Positions 53,828 to 64,000 of a stretch of DNA of 64,000 bases are shown in pieces. This DNA comes from Octopus sinensis (taxonomy: Eukaryota). Position numbers and translations under genes: made by a program. The notes under the pieces were generated by a model, which worked only from the letters and a program-made list of their open reading frames with translations, did not search any database and had not been told where the DNA came from. The stretch spans positions 101,866,001-101,930,000 of the forward strand of contig NC_042998.1 of assembly GCF_006345805.1 (NCBI RefSeq), in the 5' to 3' direction. The number at the start of each line of letters is the position of its first letter. Position 1 is the first letter of the stretch.

Positions 53828-54486
53828 TATGGAATTATTTCTATATTCTCCATCCCTCTATTGTGCAAAATACGGAAATTATTCTGAAATTTGTGTGTGT
53901 GTGTGTGAAAACAATTCTCTAAAATGTACCTATGTATATCAAATTATCACTGGGTTTATGGTTGTCAAATATTATAAATTTCACTCTCCCTACCCCATCA
54001 GCTTTAGCTTGCAAATTTGGCTTAAATATATTCTTACTGAACCAAATGATTTTACTTCAATGAAATCTTGATTTCTGACTCTGCCACTTAAAATGTCTTT
54101 TTACCCTATCCATGAAAGATAGATTCCAGTTTCCATTAGACTTGATAAACTAGTCTATAAATTGGAACTCACCCCGTCCCATTAGTAAATCTGAATAACA
54201 AAATATAATCAATGATAAGCTGTGTCTTCATGTGAAAAAATATCAGTTACAACTATTATGTTGATGAAACATGTTGTTTGTCTATCTACTTATCCTATTT
54301 GTGATTTTAGTTAATAGAAAAACTATACAAATGAATCATTGGAATTTAACTAAATTCTATATTTTTATGCAGCTGAAGATTGCTCTACATTTTTAAAATT
54401 GACGTAATATTTGCATTGTTAAATTAAATGGAGTCGCATGAAACGATCGTACTGCATTACCTCTGGATATCCTTGTTGCTTATTTT

Positions 54487-54583
<97 letters not shown>

Positions 54584-55046
54584 ATATTAGAAGAAATGAG
54601 GTACTCAGATATTTCGATGGTTTATATTTACAGATATTTATTTGTATGTTTCATGTTTTTATACATCATTTATCATATATCATATATTAGAGCTTTCGTC
54701 CATTCTAGTGGAGTCTTGAAATTGAACTAAGTTTCTGCAGGAATTTTGACTCTTTTTATAGTGTTATTGAGTGTGTAGTGGTGGGGAGAGATATAAGATA
54801 GTACAAGAAGTTGATGAATAAGGAAAAAGTGAGAGAGAGCATGTGTGCATGTGCGTGTGTGTGTGTTTTTGTATCTGAAAGTATGTGTTAAAGAAGAAGG
54901 AAAGGAAGAAAAGGGAGAGAAAGAAGAAAAAATCGGTTCATCTGTTTGCAGCTGGTCAGGTTGTCAATAATAATCGACTGTTTACTCCAATGGGGGAAAA
55001 ATGTAACTTTTCAAAAAATTGTCTGGATTTCTTTTTTATCATTATC

Positions 55047-55085
<39 letters not shown>

Positions 55086-55399
55086 TGTGTGTATGTGTGT
55101 GTGTGTGTGTGTGTGTGTTGTGTGCGGGCGTGTGTTTGTATCTGAAACGGGTGTTAAAGAAAAATAAGGAAAGGAAGAAGGAGAGAAATTTTGTTGATAT
55201 CTTTGCAGTTGGTTGATTTGTCAATAATAATTCTTGGCTTTTAGTAATGGTAAATCCAACTGTTTACTCCAAGGGGGGAGCAAAATGTCACTTTTCAATA
55301 AATTGTTTGTATTTCCTTTTTATCATTGTCTTGTGAGAGAGTGTGTGTGTGTGTGTGTGTATATATGTGCGCGCACGTGTATGTGTGTGTGTGTGTTTG

Positions 55400-55451
55400 T
55401 ATCTGAAATATAAAATACCTGTACAACATCTCCAAACCTTCTAAGATGTAC

Positions 55452-55512
<61 letters not shown>

Positions 55513-58080
55513 TATATATATCTGCGGGGCAGCTAACAACTACAATGTTACATACTTTTGCCCCACTGTTCGAAATAACAATAATGTTTTGCATGTTATG
55601 TTTACATTTGACAACCGTTTTGATGGGAATAATCAACCAGTACTCCTTGAGTTGGTATTTATGAATGTATTTCATAACAGAGGGATTTTCTAAGTTTATT
55701 TCAGGACAGTCTTTTCTGCGGATGGCATTGTAAATTGTTTTAGCATCAACATCGTGCCTAATAGGGATGTAGTACCGTGACGACATTTTAGGACAACTGC
55801 TAATCACATGCGTGATGTCTTCCACAGAAACATGACATATCCTACACATTCGGTTGCACCTTGGGATTACAAGAGTACCATTGTACTTTGTGGCAATCTC
55901 CTATTCTTGGATTGCTAATGCATAGCCTTCAAAGTGTGAAGTGTTGTAGTGGACTTGTGGCCAAAAGAGACTGCGTTTCGTGTCAATTTTATTGTCTTCT
56001 TCAAGCTTCCGGACAAAATACCCATGCATAATCTTTTTTATATGCTGAGTGCTTTCCATCCAGGTCTTCTCTGAGGTAAGAAAGCGCAGCTGTTTTGGGG
56101 CTGTAAAGGAAATCATCAGGAAGAGAGTGCTTCTTGAGGAGCTCACTGCCAACTCGTACAATGTGTTCACTTCACTTTTCAGCACTGCTTTTATTTTTAT
56201 ATATATATTTATTTTTGCTGCCTGAGTGATACCATACGGCATTCGAAGGCAGTCTGCATTGATCTCAGGCCTCTACCGTCTTCATTTCTTCTTATGTAGA
56301 GCCTGTCAACATTACTGTTTCTGTGGAAGTTCCTAGTTGTTGTCTGGATTTTGCGGGTGTTGATATCTATGGAGTGGATTTCCTGTACAGCCCAATCAAG
56401 TATCCCAAATGTTGAGATCAGTACTGATACCGCAAATGCATTGTGGCATATCGCTTTGTTGTAAGAGGAGAGTTCCGACTCTCATATGTTCCTAAGTCTG
56501 GTGTAATATACTCGGATCACTCTACTTTTATTCACAGTAACTTCATATTATACATTTTCATCTATGCCTACGTATTTATAACATTCTTTGTGTGGAATAT
56601 AGGAGATGGAGAGATCGTTGATACCCAAGTTTTGGGTTTGAGGTACTGATTTTCATCGTTGTATAACGAAATTTCATGCCTATATCAGCTGAAAATATTA
56701 TTAATGTAAATTGTGTTTTGGCATTGTTAACATTTTAAACCTAAAACTTGAAGTCGTCTACAAATATATTACGAGTTACATTGATTTTTCTAGCCTTTGA
56801 AGATCCTAGCACGTTACCATTTGTTTTCTGTAGTAGGAACGATAATGAATTCAGTACCAAAATGAAAAGAAGTACAGACAGACTATCTCCCTGAAATATT
56901 CCCTTTGAAATGGCTCAAATATTTGTAACAGTTCTGTTTTCAGTTGGAGGGATGAGAATCGTTGTCCACATCTTTGTGAGTCTCTCTAGAGCAGCAATTA
57001 GGGTAGTACGTAAATTTTGCCAGATGTAGGCACTTCAAAAGCCATAAATGAGGGATCGAGTTGAATGCCTTTTTATAGTTAAGCCATACTGTCACAAGTT
57101 TTCTTACTTCAGACTGTACAGCTTCGTTTATTGAACGTTGTTCGGTACATCCCCACACTCCCTTCTTTCTACCAACCTGTTCAGCAGACAGTGTTGTTCG
57201 ACTCACAATGGTCCTGGAGGAATTGGTTGAGGCAACCTGTACAATTTGTACATAATGTATAGGCAAACAATAGGCCTGTAGTGTTCTACCATCTCGGTGA
57301 TTTCATTTTTGGCAAAAAATTTGTCCTTGCTGGAGCAAGCCAATTTGGTATATGAGTCTAACCTTTCATAGTCCTTTTGAAAATACATATCAACTAATTT
57401 CTATAAAATGTTAGCTTCTTGTACTATTATCCAACTATTAGGTCGCTTCCAGGTGCCTTCCCGTTCAGCAGTTTGCCTATTACTATAGCGAAGGATTCTG
57501 CTTCAATTTTGTATGTTTTACTGTTAGTTTTGGTACAATATTTTTTCTCAATCGTATTTAACCGTGATGTATTCAGGTTGAAATCCCTCTTTGCGTCCCA
57601 AGATTGTGACCAGAATGATTGTAGATCTTCTTGGGAATGAGCTTTCTTAATGGTAATGTTTTCCTTCTTCATCTCTCTGTACAATGCTTGTGGGCTGGAA
57701 GCAAACTTGCGATTGATGCTGGCTCGTTTAAAATTCGCATGCGATAAGGGAGTTCACGTTTTAAAGTGATTAGCTGTCCCTCAAGAGCTCGGTGTGAAGA
57801 GTTGTCATAAAATTTCTTAATTTTAGTCTAAGGTAGAGTTAGTGAAGTGTAAACTAATGTTTCTTCTTATATTTTATTGTTGGAGTTAACCATCCGATAT
57901 GACGGCACACGTTATTGAAGTATTCTTCAAGTTTTGTTTTCCATCTAGGTTGTTTCCGTTTAGTAATTTTGTTACTTTTTTCACTGTAGATTTCTCCTAG
58001 GTTTTCATTAAGCGTAATAGCGGCTGTGTATATTAGAGCATTTATATTACAGTAATTAACTTTACAGGATTCCATGTGCT
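55400..58080 (-). mobile_element. Old degenerate R4/Dong-type RLE LINE
   Basis: KAPGSD, HYRPIVCL, VWLNYKKAFNSIPH, MHGYFVRKL, CRICHVSVEDITHVISSC. Confidence 0.85.
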
Positions 58081-58175
58081 CTCTGGCACATCGTTGATAG
58101 CTTTAAACATGTATATTTGTATGTATGTGTGTGTAAATGTATGTATGTATGTATGTATAAGAATTAGTACAAGTA

Positions 58176-58564
58176 AGGCGGCGAGCTGGCAGAAGCGTTA
58201 GCACGCCGGGCGAAATTCGTAGCCGTATTTCGTCTGCCGTTACGTTCTGAGTTCAAATCCCACCGAGGTCGACTTTGCCTTTCATCCTTTCGGGGTCGAT
58301 AAATTAAGTACCAGTTACGCACTGGCGTCGATGTAATCGATTTAATCCGTTTGAACTTGTCTGTCCCCTCTGTGTTTCGCCCCTTGTGGGTAGAAAAGAA
58401 ATAGGTATTTCATCTGTTTTTATGTTCTGAGTTCAAATTCCGCCGACGTCGACTTTGCCTTTCATCCTTTCGATTGGTTAAACTGAGTACCAGCTGCGTA
58501 CTGGGGTCAATCTAATCGACTGGACCCCTCACACAAAATTTCGGTCCTTGTGCCTAGACAAGAA
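58176..58564 (+). mobile_element. Dimeric tRNA-derived SINE with 14-bp flanking direct repeat
   Basis: Two GAGTTCAAAT B-box units in tandem; AAGAATTAGTACAA at 58159-58172 and 58565-58578. Confidence 0.8.
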
Positions 58565-59014
58565 AAGAATTAGTACAATAACAAGTAACGACCAACACTT
58601 AATGAATTCTAGACTTGTTATGCACCCGAGAATTGATATTTAGCTTTTTATTTACATATTTTCGTCTCTAGTAAGTTTATTCTGATATACTTTTTAACAA
58701 TTGTTAAACAATGATATTCCATATATGTATAATTATATGCTTAATCAAAAGGAATCCTTAAGGGAATACTTTACTTCATTCTGTTCTGTAACAAAATACA
58801 AATAAAGATTCCCTTCATGTTCATTGACATATATATATTCACATATCTATGTATATTTTTGTGTGCATATGTGTTAGTATGCCTGTATGCATGTAAGCAT
58901 GCACACACGCAAACACATATACTCATTCACTCATTCACTCACTCACTCACTCACTCACATAATTTCCTTGGTAAAGCAGAGCAGACCATCAATTATATAT
59001 AACATATTTGATGT

Positions 59015-59082
59015 ACCTGTTCACTGACAAAAATCTGTGCTGCATCACGTGATGCAGCACGGATTTTTGTCAGTGAACAGGT
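59015..59082. repeat. 68-bp spacer-less palindrome
   Basis: 34-bp arms centred on CAC|GTG with one T/G mismatch. Confidence 0.95.
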
Positions 59083-60099
59083 GGCGGATTTTAGCGACGA
59101 AAATATTTTGACAAATATTTGATGTAGTTCAATCATTATTGTAGAAAAAATAAAAATCATTACGTGTGTACAAACGTTGATTTATTTAAAAACCATTTAA
59201 GCAGCCAAATAAAAGACATCTGAGGTATTTTATTTCAATTAATAGTTTTTTTACGTTCAAATATAGATACAGTCTTAAAATGCTTGTACATGGAGATTTT
59301 TTCAGGTATCTATTCTCTTTATTGAAACATTTATTTTTCCTGGTGTGGACAGCATTTGTTTGCGCAATGATATTTTGAGAAAATATCTTAGATACTTTAT
59401 TAGAATGAATTATGGGCAACCAGCGATATTTTATCGTTTAACATGGATTTTCATATGGTTCTATTTCAAATATATTTATTAATCGCTGTTTATGATATTT
59501 TAGCATTTCCCTATAGAAAAATATGACTTAAAAGAAATATCGTCTTATGTTAATTTTAAAACAGAATATAAAATGTTCTTGGAAGTTTATCAAGGCGTAG
59601 GTTTTAAAGTGTACAGGCGAGGTAAGACTTATTTTAGTGATGTAAGTTCAAGGCTTTTCATATATTTGAAGTTAAGGTTCTAAAATACATTTAATGAACA
59701 AATTCGTACAAATCTCTAAACTACATTTAAATATTACTTATTAAAATACTTTTAAGGCATACTATAAGCAATATTTTAGTCGAGAGTGGTTCACTTCTGT
59801 TATCATATGTAAGGTTGCACTGATATTATAGTGCTTTTGTTTATTGTTCCTCGCCATGATAGTTGTATTAGTTGCATGCCATTGATAGGCGTTGTGACCA
59901 TTTTATCACGCGTTTCTTATTCGTAGTGTATACATATCTATGTCATTTTAAATTTTGGTTTCCAATATTCTTGATGTGAACTCTTATATTGAAACAACTT
60001 TTACTGTATCTTGGGAGGGAAGGTCATTTCGCCAAAATTAAACACTCGCTCTAGTTCAATTTCGTGTCTTTACTCATCAGTTGGTTAGCTATTTAACGA

Positions 60100-61290
60100 A
60101 CTAAGTTGTCATTTGTATAATGAATCATTCAGTCACTGAATCATTTGCGTTTTCCAAGACCCCCTTCGATGCCGTTTCCGATCTTTTCAATGACATGCAT
60201 TGTCTATTCAAACCGAGCATAAGAAGCGGATCAGAAATTTAGTTTTCAGTTATTGAATAAAATAAATTCTGTGGATGGCTGTAGTAAAAAAATTTGTACG
60301 CTCTTCTTTGATATGAATCCAAATTTGGATTTGTGAATTTCTTTACTTTGTGTTGCGAAAATGTGCGACACCACCTGTAAATTTGAATGAAGCTATTCAG
60401 TCATGTGTCAGGAGGTTAAGTTATTGTCTTCTTCTAGGTATTGGAGTGGAATCTGTCGAAGAATAGATCGATCACTTCAAAATTCGCTGTATCTTTAACT
60501 GGAAATGTTAATCAATTGTAGTGTTATTTACCTATTTCTTCTTATCGACAAAACACATTAGCAATTTTACATAATATTGGAGGCAATTCAGCATAATTAA
60601 TTTCGTAAAAATAATGATTGCAAACATTTTCTACTTCATTTAATACTTTTCAAGCAATAAAACCGGCCTTCGTCTCTGTCCACTGTATACCCTGTTTTGT
60701 TTCAGACACACAAGGAAAAATGAAGCAGAAAGCATGAGAATAAGAGCAACTATATTCAGTATTTGTTAATATGTACTGGACCATATAATGTGGAAATACT
60801 CCATTGTCTTTTCGAGTAGGCAGTACCAAATCCTCCTAGCGGGCAAAGCATTAAATTACTATATAAATATTTATCAGTAATTTCACGGAGGGTAATAAAA
60901 TCTTCATGAATAAAATCAATAAATGCAAGAAATTCGAGACATATTGCCGACAAAATAATGCCACACGCACGTACAACCTTCTACGTGATATTTAATACTC
61001 AACATCCTAATTTCCAGTAGAAATCATTAGCACGCCTATTCAAACCTAGAAAAAAGCGTTAACGCCATAAGAAAAATGTATTTGGTAGCATCATACCATT
61101 GATTAAATCCTTATTTATATTAATTCTGCTGAAGAACAATACGTAAAGTATATTGAAACGGTTGTTCACCTAAACTAACAATGTCAATTTTAAATTCATA
61201 ATCTATATGAAAGAAAAAACTATATTTGAGAAACCTCCCGACGAACCATAACGTTATGCCAAAGGCGTCACAAAGAACACGGAGGGAGTA
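60100..61290 (-). pseudogene. Possible decayed MULE transposase
   Basis: Weak remnants (QWYDAT, HAFCFIFP, GRFYCLK, YYSHP) in MULE-like order; many stops. Confidence 0.3.
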
Positions 61291-62249
61291 ACTGAAGTAA
61301 CGAGGTTGGTGAGAAAAATATTTCTAAAATCTCATGGAGTGTATCGGGTAAAAAGGGTGTATAGGTGTCATTAGAATTAGTTATGGAAGCCAATGATTCG
61401 GGTAAAATCGAAGATATCCTTGATCTATGTCTTCAGTGACAAAGGAAAGATCTAATATACAACACGAATTGAAATGGTCTGTGGAATGGTGTGTAAACTC
61501 TCAAAACTAAATATCAAAATATGCAAGATTTGCACAGTTGAGACTTCAAAGTTCTCCTCCCCGAAAACCATTCACAAGGAAACGTTATAAACTTCTCACG
61601 TTTGTCACCAGATAATATCTTCCAATATTGTGTTTTCCCTTGTGAATTTTATAATTCATATAATTTCTATTTTTGTGTATAACAATTTTAAGATATTTTA
61701 TTATTATGATATAATATATCATTTTATTTTCCTTTTTATTATTTTAACAATTTTATTATCGCTTTATTATTGTTATGCTTTTATTATATGCTATTCTTTA
61801 ATAGTTTTTACTTTTTAATTTTCATGTTTTAAATATTTAAAAAATTATATGCTTATAATTTTCCTCCCAACTTACCTATTTTACAAATTATCATATACGA
61901 TTTACATCATATTATTATACACCGTTTTAATACAGCTTTCTATGTAATTTATCCTCCAGTTTCGCTTTATTTATCCTATTTTTATACATTGCAAAATCTA
62001 TTTTGTCATATTTACATACTTATTTCCAATTTCATTGTTATTTTCATCACCCTTATTTACTTCGCTCTTCTTTTTACTTTTTACCACAATTTTATTCCTA
62101 TATTTGTATAAATACTATAGTGTACGCCTTCGAGCTGGAGGCAGTTTTGAGCTTTGGATCGTAATCCTAAATATAAACTTTAAGGTTTTGTTTTTAAAGT
62201 AAAGATGAAATTTTTGAAGGTTTACACGGGGTCTTTTCAAAGAAGTGTT

Positions 62250-62660
62250 TAAAATAATTTCTGATATGAATATTTTTTACAAATACTTAATGTTTAAAAA
62301 AAAGAATTTAGAAAGAATTTAAAAAACATATTGCAATATGATTTAAGTTTGGCAAAACTTTTTGAAACAATACTTCTCTAAAATTAATCCTCTAACATTG
62401 AATAAGAATCACTAATCTGTTGCAAGAGCAAAAATATATACTAAAAGTATACCAAAACCATTGTAAACAAGCCAGCACATTAAATAACCATTGCAATCTA
62501 AAATAGGTTGAGATTGTAAAGCTATAAAATGAAGCTATAATTCACCAAGCAATACCACACAAGAAACCCAAGCTATTTCAAGTTTTCCATTTGCTTCTGT
62601 GTACCTGACGAAAAAGAATTATATTAAATAATTAGCTGAAACTTGTTGAAAGACGTGATA
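62250..62660 (+). mobile_element. Decayed PLE 3' end with degenerate hammerhead
   Basis: FLKQYFSKINPLTLNK resembles a GIY-YIG C-terminus; CTGACGA...GAAA motif at 62601-62658. Confidence 0.45.
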
Positions 62661-62748
62661 ACCGTATGTATCATTTACAATCATCCTTTTCAACAAAATT
62701 GCTCACACTGACGCACACATACTAACATACATACATATATACATACAT

Positions 62749-62795
<47 letters not shown>

Positions 62796-62799
62796 TAAT

Positions 62800-63000
62800 C
62801 CAACGGGAAAAAAGAAAAAAAACAACAACACGTGGAACAATTACAGTATTATTATTATTAGGCGCTCAGGAAAATCGAAGAAGGAGGGTATGACGTTTCG
62901 AGCGGAGCTCTCCGTCGGAAACATACGAGAAAGAAAGATCCCGAGACGGGAGGACAGAGGAAAAAACATTGCAGGTAGTTTTCACGAGGTCACATACTAA
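62800..63000 (-). repeat. Short PLE-type repeat with variant hammerhead-like motif (CCGACGG core)
   Basis: Minus strand: TTT CCGACGG A GAGC TCC GCTC GAAA CG TC ATA at about 62889-62921; abuts (TA)n. Confidence 0.4.
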
Positions 63001-64000
63001 AAATACGGAAGTGGTAAAAAAGGAGGAAGATGTTTTTTAAAAACAGGAGAGCTGAATCAAAGAGGGAATGGTAAAAAAGGTGGGCGAGAAGACGAGGGTG
63101 TGTGTGTGAGTGTGTGCGTGTGTGTGTATGTGTGTGTATGGTGGAGAGTGGCTAGTAGCAGGCAGTAGTAAATTAAAGGAGTAGTGTGGGGGTACCCTAG
63201 CAAGTCAGAAAGGCAGATCCGAAACAGGGAGGTATGTGTGTGTGCGTGTGTATGTATGTGTGAGTGTGTGCGTGTGCGTGTGTGTATGTGTGTGTGAGGC
63301 GAGATAAAAAAGACAAAAAATATGTATATGTTAGTGCGTGCAGGGCGAACGGATGACATAGCAAGTCTCGAGTGAGTGGTCAGTGGTAAAAAAAGGGAGG
63401 AAGGAGGGAAGAAGGGAAGGCGGGAAAGGGTGGGGGCGTATGTAACGTGCCAGTGTGTGTCCAGTGTGCGTAGTTGTGTGTATGGCAAGTAAATTTGAAG
63501 TGTGTGTAAGTGTAATGTATATATATGTGCAAATGTGTGTATGTGAGTGGGTGTGTGTATGTGTGTGCGTGTGTGTACAAAGAGGGGGGTTTAAGGAAAA
63601 AAAAAACTGCAGCGGAGAGGGGGGAAAGGGGAAGATGGAAGAGTTGTCTCGCGGCGACAGGCGTGGGAGAACCCAAAGAGACGCGCCGGCCCCAGATACG
63701 TACAGGAGATCTAGTCGGTCAACCAAGAGCGTGGTGCATGCATGCGTGTATGCGTGCGCGAACGTGCACAAGCGTGTATGTGCGCGCGCCTGCGAGTGTG
63801 TGGGTAAGTATGTATGTGTGTAGATGTGTGAGTGTGTCTGTGTGTAAGTCTGGGTGTCAGTGTGTCCGATGAATGTATGTATGTGTGTGTATATGTGTGT
63901 ATATAGATGTATGTCCATGTGTGTGTGTGTGTGTGTGTATGTGTATGAGTGTGTATGTATGTACGTGTGTGTGTGTGGAAGTGTGTGTATGTGCATGTGT

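Noticed and set aside
60040-60085. CTGATGA...GAAA matches here and at 22735, 26410, 37790, 54680, 61125
   Set aside because: Stem I and/or stem III do not pair; consistent with chance or unrecoverable decay.
63640-63740. LLYVSGAGASLWVLP, weakly like a Gypsy protease DSGA motif
   Set aside because: Catalytic Asp absent and no other retroelement domains nearby.

Overview
AT-rich, microsatellite-laden eukaryotic intergenic or intronic DNA. The SINE/LINE repertoire and (TA)n/(TATG)n load suggest a cephalopod (Octopus-like); this is an inference. No host gene can be confidently identified, and most long ORFs in the track are microsatellite artefacts. Real coding signal comes from decayed transposons: Gypsy pol, an L1/Tx1-like ORF1, two RTE LINEs, several R4/Dong-like restriction-endonuclease LINEs (a cluster nested in one (TAA)n tract), Penelope-like elements (PLEs), two Tc1/mariner-family elements, a hAT with TIRs and TSD, and a possible MULE. 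The most striking signal is a dense set of type I hammerhead ribozyme (HHR) motifs, about 19 in 64 kb, from several unrelated short repeat families. These include a 3.2-kb ORF-less head-to-head array of a ~481-bp unit with one HHR per unit (43209-46445), a 352-bp tandem with a textbook HHR (38324-38906), single canonical HHRs (10452, 19958), and copies with a compensatory U3-A8 core. Together they look like a PLE-derived retrozyme/circular-RNA system. Ribozyme calls come from manual base-pairing only; activity and expression are untested.
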